Shown here piece after piece: positions 38,183-49,600 of a DNA stretch of 64,000 nucleotides (within the stretch, counting starts at the first letter, position 1; the number at the start of each line of letters is the position of its first letter). The notes below the pieces were generated by a model that saw only the letters and a list, made by a program, of their open reading frames with translations, did not search any database and had not been told where the DNA came from. Source of the DNA: Macrostomum lignano (lineage: Eukaryota); NCBI GenBank assembly GCA_002269645.1, contig NIVC01000330.1, positions 369,313-433,312 on the forward strand, given 5' to 3'. Made by a program: the position numbers and the translations under genes.

Positions 38183-39819
38183 GCGACCCGCTCATCTCTA
38201 TCAGACGCCCAGAGCTTGATTATTCATTAATCAAGAATAATGATTCAATACCTTCAATACAAAGTCAGAATCCCCTTAGCAAAGCAGTTAAGCGTTGCTC
38301 AACTCAAGCTCAGCGGTACACCCTGTGTGTGAGCGTGTGTCAGCGTATATATCCGTCCGCATGCTCAGGCCAGCGGGATGAGCACTATATGCCTGGCTTG
38401 ATTTGCGGCAGTGCATGAAGCCTCACTGCAGACAGACAGTCGCACTCGTTTTTAATAAAATATGACACTGCAAAGTTCAAAGTCGACTTTACACTTCTTC
38501 AAGTGATCAGGTGGCGAGTGTAGTTTCGTCACGAGAATCCGATGGAAAGAAGATTATCGGAAGGATCGGACTCTATCCAGGCATTCGCCAGTCGCCAGTC
38601 GGCAACGCGTTAATCCGGACAGACACGCTGAAACTTGATCTACTCAAAACTGATTTTTTTAGACTAGCAATGCGACGTCCATAGCTCTGCTTTTGCAGGA
38701 AAAAAAACTTTTTAGCTTTTAACATCACACAGAGAGCAGCGCAGGGCTCACGTCAGCTGTCATAATCATCTCCGAATCTGGTTGCTCTAATGTCCATTTT
38801 GAAGACTTTTGATTTTGCAAAAATCGATATTCAGCAACAGATAAATCCCCCTCTCCAAAGCTGACGCTGTCACGCGGCACAAAAGTGCAAGCAATGCTTT
38901 TAATATCGTTTGTTTCAGTATCGTGTGTAGGAATCACGAGCATGCAAAAGCAGGCATTCAGAAGCACCAATCGCAACTGTTCAGCATTCTGCGGGGCAAC
39001 CACGCTGAACTCTTCGCTTTACGAAGTCGAATCAAGACATGCTTGGTGGGGGTTCATGTCTGGAGACTTTGACGGCCTGTTTAAATGTGCGAATTGCTCT
39101 GCGCAACCCCCATCCCCTCCATGGTTTCCTTATGCCGCATGCTGCGATGGCATCTAGCGGTGGCAGCGATTCGCACATTTCTGAATCACCGATGACATGC
39201 AGAAATTTTGAGACGTGTCAGTGCAAGTTTATAGGGGTTAGCTGTTGCTGGGTAGATTCTTCTTATGCAAGCCTGAAGAGTCAGCGAAGGGGAAGAGACT
39301 GGTTCGCCGCCATCTAAGGAATGCCGCTCATTGCTAGCGAAAAGGGCGTTAACCGCGCAATACAAAGGGAATCCTTGGTAATTCTAGCTAAATCAGTGCA
39401 CGCGGACATGAAGTCAAATCATGTTTTAGCCGGCCAGTACGAGCACTTGTGCTGCTTGATTTCTTAGAATTGAAGTGCGCTTCGGGTAAACAATTGTCTG
39501 GAGTCTAATACGGTTGATAATATTAATTCACTAGTTTTAACTGCAATTTTCTAGAGCAACTAGATTATTATGCCGGTATAAACGCTCGTACAGTAGGTGA
39601 TTTATGATTGTTTTACATAGGGAAACTAGCCGGGAACCGAACAGGCCAAACTTCTAAGCTGTTTTCGATCTTAAAGGATTTCCTTCTGGCATGGGAGCGG
39701 TACGTCTGCCTAAGCCTGCCTAAACTATTGGAAATGCGACTTAACTCAAATCTGCTCTAGTCCTAAAAGAAAAAATCTTTTAAGTGGCTAAGGAGAAAGG
39801 AACAAGACAGATTAGCCCT

Positions 39820-40150
39820 GACTCTCATTGAGATGTCCAGTCTCATGGAGGGAATTGCTGAGATATCAAGGTTCATGGAGGGTATTGCTGAGATTTCAAG
39901 GTTCATGGAGGGTATTGCTGAGATTTCAAGGTTCATGGAGGGAATTGCTGAGATTTCCAGTCTCATGGAGGGTATTGCTGAGATTTCAAGGTTCATGGAG
40001 GGAATTGCTGAGATTTCCAGTCTCATGGAGGGAATTGCTGAGATGTCAAGGCTCATGGAGGGTATTGCTTAGATTTCAAGGTTCATGGAGGGAATTGCTG
40101 AGATTTCCAGTCTCATGGAGGGAATTGCTGAGATGTCAAGGCTCATAGGG
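39820..40150. repeat. 30-bp minisatellite, about 11 copies
   Basis: Unit tcatggagggaattgctgagatttcaaggt. Confidence 0.92.
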
Positions 40151-40448
40151 GGATGCCGATATATTAGGCTAGATTGCTGGCTTTCAAGGCGGATGCTGTC
40201 TAATAAAGAAATGAACAATAGAGACAGCAAAAAATGTCAAAGATCATCAAAGCTTGAATGCAGTTCATTCTGAAAAATGTATCTTCCTTTGTATTTGTAG
40301 CCTCCCCAAACTGGCTGCGCAGATTTCTAGTAAATACTAACAGTAGGTGCGATTGCCTATCATAATTTGTTCTTCTGAGAAAATTAGGAACTTTGTGTGT
40401 GTGCCCGCCTTTAGTTTTAACTAAACCTAGAAAATTCCAGAAGTTGAT

Positions 40449-40685
40449 AACAATAATAATAATTGATAATAATTAATTACACCTGCCCTAATAGGCAGAT
40501 GTGCAACCAACAGCTCAGCCAGAGCTATTGCGCGGCGCATCTGGCACCCATTTTACAACTGGGCGAACTGAAGCAATGCAGAGTTAAGTGTCTTATTCAA
40601 GGACACACATCGCTCCAATGGTATTGGGAATCAAACCCCCGACCTTCAAGTCGCGAGTCCGACGCTCTAACCCCTAGGCTACAGC
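40449..40685 (-). mobile_element. tRNA-derived SINE copy (internally deleted)
   Basis: Same family as 33284-33590. Confidence 0.8.
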
Positions 40686-40726
40686 CCCCTTCTGCGCAGC
40701 GGATAATATAGCAAAAACGAACTCAC

Positions 40727-40936
40727 CAGCTGCGCCAGCACTACAATAAGCGCCACCTGCCGCATCAGAGTGCTCTTGCCGCCCATATTCGGCCCGGTAA
40801 CTAGCACAAACGGGGCGCCGCTGGGATCGTCCGATCCGGCCGGCTTACCAAGCGACGTATCGTTCGGGATGTAGCCGCCAGCGCTGAATGTGCGCGACAC
40901 GAATGGGTGCCGGCCCTGACGTATGGTCAGGAAAGG
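40727..40936 (-). CDS. MSH6: MSH6 exon 11 (Walker A)
   Basis: GRHPFV...[16 protein letters not shown]; 210 bp, phase 0 to 0. Confidence 0.96.
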
Positions 40937-41008
40937 CTGCGCGGAGAGATATAGAAAAGGTACATGTAAGTACACAGTAAGTGCATTAGCGAACTACACT
41001 TAACTACA

Positions 41009-41600
41009 CACCCTCCAGAGTCCAACAATGGGCCGCCGCTACCCTCCAGAGTCCAACAATGGGCCGCCGCTACCCTCCAGAGTCCAACAATGGGCCGCCG
41101 CTACCCTTCAGAGTCCTACAATGGGCCGCCGCTACCCTCCAGAGTCCTACAATGGGCCGCCGCTACCCTCCAGAGTCCTACAATGGGCCGCCGCTACCCT
41201 TCAGAGTCCTACAATGGGCCGCCGCTACCCTTCAGAGTCCAACAATGGGCCGCCGCTACCCTCCAGAGTCCTACAATGGGCCACCGCTACCCTCCAGAGT
41301 CCTACAATGGGCCACCGCTACCCTCCAGAGTCCTACAATGGGCCGCCGCTACCCTCCAGAGTCCTACAATGGGCCGCCGCTACCCTTCAGAGTCCAACAA
41401 TGGGCCGCCGCTACCCTCCAGAGTCCAACAATGGGCCGCCGCTACCCTCCAGAGTCCAACAATGGGCCGCCGCTACCCTTCAGAGTCCTACAATGGGCCG
41501 CCGCTACCCTTCAGAGTCCTACAATGGGCCGCCGCTACCCTTCAGAGTCCAACAATGGGCCGCCGCTACCCTCCAGAGTCCAACAATGGGCCGTTGCTAC
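41009..41600. repeat. 31-bp minisatellite, about 19 copies
   Basis: Unit acaatgggccgccgctaccctccagagtcc(a/t). Confidence 0.95.
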
Positions 41601-42043
41601 CGCAAGAACGAGAATTGCCCAGACTAATTGCCTGCCGAGATTTGCCCGCAATGCTTTTTCCTGCAGCAAGTCTATTAATCAAGAGATTTACCCGATCATA
41701 ACGTTTCGATAGTAACTGCATATCAAATTCTTATTTTCCTTGTAGGCTTTCATTTCTATATGCATACAGGGGTACATCTATGAGCGATTCATTCATGCAC
41801 ATGCCATGTCGCTTTTGTCCCCTAAATCTCTTTATTAAAAGTTACTAAATTTTTCACTGTAACTTTTACTATAAAATGCGCTGCAGAAAAAATCATTGCG
41901 GGCAAACCTCGGCGGGCAAATCGTCTGCAGGAAATTCTCATGGACCCCGTCGCTACCCAACAAGTCCTACTATCTAAAATGGGATGCCGCTAGCCTAAAT
42001 CCCACAGCGGACAGGCACTACACCTCCGAGTCTATCAACGCAC

Positions 42044-42179
42044 CTCAGTGTCCGGCTGCAGCGCCACTATAGTCGGTCGGCACATCTCGCCGCCGTCGCA
42101 AGTTCGACTAAATTCGGCCAGCGATAGCAGCACATCCAGCACAGCCAGGCACTGCACTGCGGCCATCCATTTTTCGTAG
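42044..42179 (-). CDS. MSH6: MSH6 exon 10
   Basis: YEKWMAAVQCLAVLDVLLSLAEFS...MCRP; 136 bp, phase 2 to 0. Confidence 0.9.
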
Positions 42180-42325
42180 CTGTAATTAACGAATTAAGGA
42201 TAGAGATTAGATTAATTAGTTAATTAGTTTTCCGTGGGGGGGGGCAATCAAGGCCACAGTCGACCCGCAGCCCATTCCGCGGCCCCCAGCTGAGGAGAAG
42301 CTCACAGAATTGCAGCATTACTCAC

Positions 42326-42516
42326 TGGCTATCGAACCGGTGGAAAAGTCTGCACATGACGTCCTTCAATGCGGCAGCCTTCTGCTCCTCCAGCGCCTGC
42401 ACGCTAGCCAATAGTTCGTCAGTCTCCGGACAGCGGAATCTTTTGAAACCTTTACGCGATCCGGACACTGTCCAGTTTGATGGGACCCGGCTGGCGCGGG
42501 ACTCGGCCAGTTCCAC
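42326..42516 (-). CDS. MSH6: MSH6 exon 9
   Basis: VELAESRASRVPSNWTVSGSRKGFKRF...LKDVMCRLFHRF; phase 0 to 2. Confidence 0.9.
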
Positions 42517-43211
42517 CTGAGTAGCAGTTTGAGTTTGAGCACATTTGAGCAGTGTGACAGCACCATTGAAATAACTGAGCGGGACTGTATGGGCAGTAAA
42601 CCCATCTCTAGACTAAAACTTTCGATTCAAGAAAACTCAACTACGGAGATTGGAACTTTTCACTTTTTTCATAGTAAAATTGCTATTGCTTTCAATAGGA
42701 GACAGACCCAAAGTTTATCTTTTGATATGTTGTGCCTTTCTTGTAGCTCTATTGATATTTATAAAGCTTTTCGTTCAGAAAATTAGAATTCTTTGTTAGT
42801 TTTTTATTCTACATAAAATTGCATGTCTTCTTGTGCCTAAAAACCATTAAAATGGCACGGCTCATTGGTTTTATGAATCATTCTTAGCTGACTGTGTAAC
42901 AATATGTGTAACAGAGATGATAAAAAAGACTCAAAAAATTCCTAATTTTCTGAACGAAAAGCTTTATGAATATTAACAGAGCTATAAGAAAGGCACAACA
43001 TATCAAAAGATGAACACTGGGTTTAGGAGGATAGGAGGCAGCGCAGCGATAGGAGGCAGCGCAAGCAATAACGATTTTATTATGAAAAAAGTGAAAAAAG
43101 TTGCCATCTCCGTAGTGTATTTTCCAGAAAAATCCTGCCTCCTTAACTTTTTCTAAGAAACGTTTAGTTCGAACTCTAAACAGTGCCAGACAAAGCCGCC
43201 AATAAGCCAAC

Positions 43212-43488
43212 CTGATAGCGAGTCCGGCCGCTGCCAACAAAGTTCAGCTTGCAGCCGAGCCGGCCGCCCTGCTCGGCCAGGAACGCCTTGGCCCGCTGCT
43301 CGCAGTCTGTCAGGCCGGACACGGCCTCGTCGTATTCGCCGAGCACGCCGCGCTCCGGTATGATGACGCCTTCGCGTTTGGCTCGCTCGTTGTCGAATGA
43401 GCCGCGCAGGCCGCGAACAGTTGGCAGCAGGCTGGGGAACCGGCCGCCAGATTCTGTCGGGTTGATCAGCTGGCGCAGCAGCTCCGAA
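43212..43488 (-). CDS. MSH6: MSH6 exon 8
   Basis: GGRFPSL...SFDNERAKREGVIIPERGVLGEYD...GRTRYQ; 277 bp, phase 2 to 0. Confidence 0.9.
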
Positions 43489-43789
43489 CTGGGGTGGGTA
43501 GCCGGTCAGGGGTTGCAGAGGTTGCGCTGGGGAATTCCTGCTGATTTCCCGCGGGAATCCCCTTTTTGGTTATCTATCGGGGAATCCCCCTAACTCTGGG
43601 TTTCAGATTGAAGAAATTCATTCCGAGTTATTTTTATTGGGAATTTCCCCTCGGGTAATTTCTTCTGGAGATTTCCCCTCGGGTAATTTCTATTAAGAAT
43701 TTTCCCTCGGGTAATTTCTATTGGGGATTTCCCTTCCGGTTATTTTTATTGGGGATTTCCCTTCGGGTTATTTTTATTGGGGCATTCTC

Positions 43790-44178
43790 CTCAGGTAATT
43801 TCCGTTGGGGATTTCCCCTTGGGTAATTTCCATTGGGGATTCTCCATCGGATTTTTATTATGGATTTCCCCTCGGGTAATTTCTACTTGGGAATTCCCCT
43901 CAGGTTATTTCTATTGGGGCATTCCCGTTGGTTTATTTCTATTGGGGAATTCCCCGGTTTCCCAGGTGCTTGCATTAGGAGGCATTGCCTTCGGGTTTTC
44001 TAGATAGATAGGGTCTTTTCATAGTGAGTGGTTAAGCTACTGAAACACTGGAGACGATCGACCCAAGCGAGGCTTCAAAGACTCACTCGAACAGTTTCCT
44101 TTCAGCCAGGCCAGCCATCAGCCGGCAGGCGGCTTCAAAGCCGGCCAACAGTCCCAGGAAGTCTTCAATCTTGCGCTT
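43790..44178 (-). repeat. 389-bp direct duplicate of 52055-52443 (3' 92 nt of MSH6 exon 7 plus its GT donor and intron start)
   Basis: Appears identical by eye from ctcaggtaatttccg to caatcttgcgctt. Confidence 0.93.
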
Positions 44179-45012
44179 GTGATGATGGGGCTCAAGGGCT
44201 CGGTCCTTTCGTGCCCCTTTCCCAGACTCGGGTTCGTGTACTGACCCTGGCTACGGTCCTCCACTGACACGCGTACGACGCGGTGTCCGTCGGGACTAGG
44301 CTGTTCGAGCGTACGACGCACGACAGCCTACAGACTTGCGTACGACGCAGAGCTGCTTGGGGTGGGACCGGCGTACGACGCAGTTAATCCCTCTAAGGTG
44401 CCTAGTACAGATGCAGACCCAAATGACGTGCAAATTGGAAGGCTTACCAGCCGCGATTTCAGTCGTACAAGAAACAGCGCCGTCAGAGCAGTGGTGATCT
44501 CGATATTCTTTACTTATATATTTGTCTAGCAATTCGGCGAGGAATAGCAATTCCGCAACCAACGCTGGCACAATCGCCGAGGAGCCACGAAGACAACGAG
44601 AATGGGGTCTCACGGGGCTCTGAATAAATAGGCAGCAAACTGGGGGTTGAGGGCGCGGGATAAAGGCAGAAAAGGGGGCTTAGACATCAGCCAAGGCAAC
44701 GCATGAGCTGTACCAGCCAATCGCCGGGGCGCAGCACGGCAGACTGGGACTGGCAGCCAATCACAAACAGGGGCGGGGCAGCAAAGCTAACAAAATAATG
44801 GGCGGGGTCGCACAGGGGGGGGGGTCGCACGCAGAGCATGGGGGGTTGACTCAACAGAAAAGGTCTAGGCAGGGAGGGGAGGGGTACGCACGCGCAGAAG
44901 TGCAGGTGGGTGAGTCAGAAAATATCTAAGGAGGGGGGAGGGGGAGAGGACGGCCCACTGGCCCGGTGCAGCAACTTAGCAAAGAGCACACTGTCATAAC
45001 ACATTCATGACA
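44178..45012 (-). repeat. 3' LTR (835 bp) with promoter-like U3
   Basis: TG/CA termini; GC boxes and CCAAT boxes at about 44715-44810; TATATAAGTAAA on the minus strand near 44510-44521; short cgtacgacg repeats at 44270-44380. Confidence 0.85.
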
Positions 45013-45586
45013 CTCCCTCCCCCTAGACAAAAGTTCGAGTTCGAAAAGTCGAATATTGAAATGATGCTACTATAACAAAAAAAATTGAACAGAGGAACAA
45101 ACCGCATTTGAAAAATATTTTGGACTCGCATGGCAACTAGTTCGAACAAAAAACAAAACCGCAGTGATTATACCGTTTAAAAATGACGAAGAAACCTTCA
45201 ACATAGGATAGTGAGTACGCATCATTGGGAAGCAAAACGCAAATTTTGGGAAAAACTCACTTTAACAAAAACGCTGAAGTTCGAAAAAAACGCTAAATGT
45301 TAACAAAAAAAAAAAAAATGAAACCGTCAAACATTTACTCTCACAAGTAATACTAGCACTGCTTCCCTGCATCCCGCCGAGTACGGCCGTCGCTCTGGTG
45401 CCTCGTCTCCCTGTCGCTACTGTCGCCGGTTGCTCTGGTCGCTCTGCGCTGGTCGTCGAGTCCTGCGGTTGCTGCACAGCCGTGTCGCTCCGTCAGCACC
45501 CGTTAAGGCCGGTCCACCTCCGCTCCGCTGTCCCTGGGTCTGCACTGCAAAGTCCCTAGCCCCAAAGTCCCTAGGAAGACATAGCC

Positions 45587-46573
45587 TCAGTCAGAGCACG
45601 AATCCCACAGCCTACGGAGGGCACCCAGGACCAAACCCTGGCGTCGCAGGTCGAACAGCGGGAACACCACCATCACCGACATGTAGACAGCTTGACACGC
45701 TTGGCGACTCCACCGACGAACTCCGTGCCCCGGATACTTGCGACCGTCTCGCTCCAAGTAGCCCAGGATCTGCAGCATCAACTCCGGACCGAATTCCTTG
45801 AAATCCACCAAGGCAGTGGCGCACTTCCCCTTCAGGGCTAGCAGCACCTCAAAGATGCCCCACGAGTCGCCCTTCCGCATTGCCTGATGCAGTTTCTTCC
45901 GACTGGGTCCTACGTTCTCGAGTTCCGCGACGGTCACTGGTCGGCACGGTCTTGTCTGAAGCCGGTACGCTCTCTGCAGGTATTCTTCAATCAGGTTTCT
46001 ACATCCGGCACAATCTTCCTCCGCTTCCCATGACGTCTCAAGCTCCTCTACACCGGCCCACTGCAGCAGATACTCCGCTCCTCGCTCCGTGACTCGTACT
46101 CCTAAGACCTTCTCGACCTCGTACTCCTCCGGCAGTGTCTCACTCGCCTCGTTCATCTCTTCGTCCTGCTCATCGTCTGAGGCCTCCTCACTTGCCTCCA
46201 TCTTGACGTGCTCCTCATCCCTCCTCGCCTGTTCTCTCTCGTACGCCTCCTCAGCTAATCGGTCGCTCTCTTGTAGTCTTTCTATCTCTTCTCGGAGATC
46301 GTCGGGCATGTCGTCATCCTCTAACATTCCTTCTGCGAGCCGAAGCATCTCATCCCGGTCACGAACAGCATTTCCAAAGATATCGTACAGCTTTCTAAGG
46401 AACGGACACGACAGTATTCGGTACGCCTCTTCGCACTCCTGGAATCTCTTCCGCGTCTCCTCTGTTGCGCTCTTGTCTGGGTGCAGTTCGCGTGCTCGAC
46501 CGTAGAACGCTTTCCGAATCTGTGCCGCAGACGCCCACAGCTGCACTCCAAGACACTCGTAGAGGTCCGCCAT
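45587..46573 (-). CDS. Retrotransposon accessory ORF3: N-terminal DnaJ (J) domain, acidic linker, chromodomain, unknown C-terminal region (328 aa)
   Basis: DLYECLGV...ASAAQIRKAF...LHPDK...FQECEEAYRILSCP.LRKLYD matches the J-domain pattern with HPD; YEVEKVL...EYLLQWAG...TSWEAEEDC..C..LIEEY matches the chromodomain pattern. Confidence 0.9.
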   Translation of the reverse strand: MADLYECLGVQLWASAAQIRKAFYGRARELHPDKSATEETRKRFQECEEAYRILSCPFLRKLYDIFGNAVRDRDEMLRLAEGMLEDDDMPDDLREEIERLQESDRLAEEAYEREQARRDEEHVKMEASEEASDDEQDEEMNEASETLPEEYEVEKVLGVRVTERGAEYLLQWAGVEELETSWEAEEDCAGCRNLIEEYLQRAYRLQTRPCRPVTVAELENVGPSRKKLHQAMRKGDSWGIFEVLLALKGKCATALVDFKEFGPELMLQILGYLERDGRKYPGHGVRRWSRQACQAVYMSVMVVFPLFDLRRQGLVLGALRRLWDSCSD

Positions 46574-46672
46574 CTGTAACAGTCCGGCCTAACTCCGATG
46601 AGCAATGAGACACGCACGACATGAACCTCCCTTCCCCCTTGGCTATCCAAGCGCCGTACACCGGACCCTTCT

Positions 46673-49600
46673 TCAGTAGTGGTACACCGGGACCCCAAAC
46701 CGATCTGGCGGTCGCCGCAGACGTCTTGGTCGCCCTGCTTCCTCCTGTGCCGTCCTCACTTCCTGCTCGGGTACGTTGGCGTCGTTCGGCTCTGCCTCAT
46801 CCTCTTCGTTTTGCTCCTCGTCGTACCGCGCCTCATCAAAGTGCTCTTCTTCGTCATCGTCTGCTTCTGGACGCTCAGGTCCGGGCTCACGGTCTCCGGC
46901 CAGATTTCGGGTGTCCGGCGGAGCGTGATCTCTTGGATCTTGAAACCGCAGCTGAAGATCTTCAAACTCTTCATCTTCCTGCTCGGATTCCGGGTCCTGC
47001 GGCCCTCGCGCTGCGGTCCACCTCTGGGTCTCGCCCCGTTGCACTCTCTGCCTTCGGCTTCGTCCAGCAGCGGAGTTACCGCGTCGCGGTCTGGTTTTTC
47101 TCGAACTGGCCCTCCCAATTTCCTCTCTTGTCTCTTGACCGTCTGCCGCCTCCGTCTGAACCTGAACCGGCCGGAGATTGTTGAAGTGCACCACCTTGGT
47201 CTTCTGCGGCTGTGTCGGATCCTGCACTCGGTACAACGCATCTGACAGCTTCTCCAGGACCTTCACTGGGCCGCGCCAGTTGATATGGAACTTGCTCTTC
47301 TCTCCCATCTCCAAGCACGGATAGTACAGCAAGACAGAGTCGCCCTTCTGAATCGCTTTGCCCTTCACTTTCCGATCGTAATTCATTTTCTGCCGTCGCT
47401 GAACCGTCTCGCGTCCTTCTCGAATGCGTTCATGGGCATGAAGCAGGTTCTGCTGGATCTCTTGCACAAACAAGGGATAGCTGTCCGTCTTTCGCCTAAG
47501 GTCCTCTGGTTCGAATCCCAGCGGCATCTCCTGACCATGCAGCATGTAGTAGGGCGTGTAACCGGTGGACGCCTGGACCGTCGATCGATAAGCCATCAAG
47601 GCACTTGGCAGGTACTCCTCCCAGGCGTTCTGACCCTTCTGTACCAGATACGTGCGCAAACTGTTCTTCAGGAACCCGTTAAATCGTTCCACCTGTCCGT
47701 TGCCACTCGGGTGGTAGGCGCTCGTCCTGGTCTTCTTCACACCCAACAGCTCGCACAGCTTCCTGACGATCCCCGACTCAAAGTTCCTTCCTTGGTCTGA
47801 GTGAAGTACCCGGGGGCACCCGTGATTGGCAATCCAGCGTTCGAATAGCACCCTTGCGATCGTTGCCGCCTTCTGGTTCCGGATGGCATAAGCGTCAGGC
47901 CACTTTGAGAACGCATCTTGCACCGTGAGGATGTAGAAGTTTCCTTTCTTGCTCCGTGGCAGCGGCCCGATGACGTCTGTCATCACGATATCGAATGGGC
48001 TTGAACTCGGAATCGGCTCCATCGGTGCAATTGGTTTCTTGCCAGCCTTGGCCTTGGTGCAGTCCAAACAGGCTTTTACGTGCTCTTCGACCTCGCGGCC
48101 AAGTCCCGGCCTCCAAAACGATTGCCGCACCTTCTCCTTGGTCTTGAAAATCCCAACGTGCCCTCCACTCCGTCCACCATGAGCTTCTTCCAGCACCGCT
48201 CTCAGCATATTCCGTGGCAACACCACTTGCGGCTGACGTCCACTGGCCGTATGACACAGCAACACCTCACTGTCCGACACCTCAAGGTCACGACGTCTTT
48301 CGACAATCCTCCTTGCCGTCGGTGATATGCGTCGCAAATGCTCTTCGGTTATCTCTCCGTCGCCGTGTGCCAGCAGCTCCATCGCCTGACGAATGTCGCT
48401 GTCCATCTTCTGGCTCTCTCTGATCTCCTCCGAGGTCCACCTCTGCAATCCCAACGCGTTCACACCGATCTGCTCTTGTGCACATCCAGGACAACTCTCG
48501 CTTCCTTGATGGCGCCGACGTGGCTTCCTGGATAGAGCGTCCGCGTGTTGATGTTTCACTCCCGGACGATGTTCGATGCGATACCTGTACGGAGCCAAGA
48601 GTTCCAGCCATCTGGCCAGTTGTCCTTCTACGTCCCGCAGCGAATGCAGCCACTTCAAGCTGCTGTGATCGGTGCGCACTAGAAACTCTCGCCCCATCAG
48701 GTAATAACGAAACTTCTGTACGAAAAACACCACGGCCAGCAACTCGACTCGTGTCGTGCAGTAATTCCGTTCTTCTCGCGACAACGTCCTGCTTCCGTAA
48801 GCTATTACCTTCTCACTCCCATCTTTCTGCACCTGCGAAAGCACAGCGCCAATTCCTTCTTTTGTGCTACCGTCTGTGTCTAAAACGAATTCTCCAGCGT
48901 CCTCCGCAAAGTTTGGAAACGCCATGACCTCAGATCCCTGCAACCTTTCCTTCAGGGCCTCGAATGCGGCTTGACACTCCTTATCCCAGCTCCACGGGCA
49001 ATCATTTCGGGTCCGTCGCAGCATCGGCTCAGCAATGCGGGAAAAATCTGCGATGAATTGCCGGTAATACCCGCACAGTCCCAGGAATGACCTTACTTCC
49101 TTCACATTCCTCGGAGTTGGCCAGTCACGAATTTCGGCAATCTTTTCTGGACTCGTGGCGATCCCATCAGCTGACACTACGTGTCCCAGGAAGGTCACTG
49201 ACTTCAGCAGGAATGCGCACTTCTTCGGCTTCAGTTTGATGTTCGCTGCTCGCAACCGTCGAAAAACCGTTTGCAACCGTTCCAGGTGCTCTTCCACCGT
49301 TCGTGACCACACTAGCAGGTCGTCCAGATACACCAAACACGTCTTCCAGCACAACTTCCCCAACACCACATTCATTAGCCGGCTGAATGAAGCCGGTGCA
49401 TTTGTCAATCCAAATGGCATAACGTTCCAGGCGTACTGCTGTACCCGGTGTGAAACGCCAAAGGCCGTCTTTAGTCTGTCGCTGGGTTCCACCGCCATCT
49501 GCCAGTATCCCGACTGCATGTCCATGGTCGAAAAAATCTTGGCACCGCCTAGGCTCTCCAACAGGTCATCTGTCCTGGGCAACGGCACTGCATCCTTCTT

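Noticed and set aside
44173-44177. Conventional 4-6-bp TSD for the large Gypsy element
   Set aside because: It cannot be defined because the second LTR and its junction are absent.
45587-46573. Polyomavirus T-antigen-like LxCxE Rb-binding motif after the J-domain
   Set aside because: No LxCxE is present in ORF3; only the J-domain analogy holds.
46679-47800. Antisense ORFs of 150-190 aa over pol and gag
   Set aside because: They are shadow frames of GC-rich coding sequence with no recognisable motifs.
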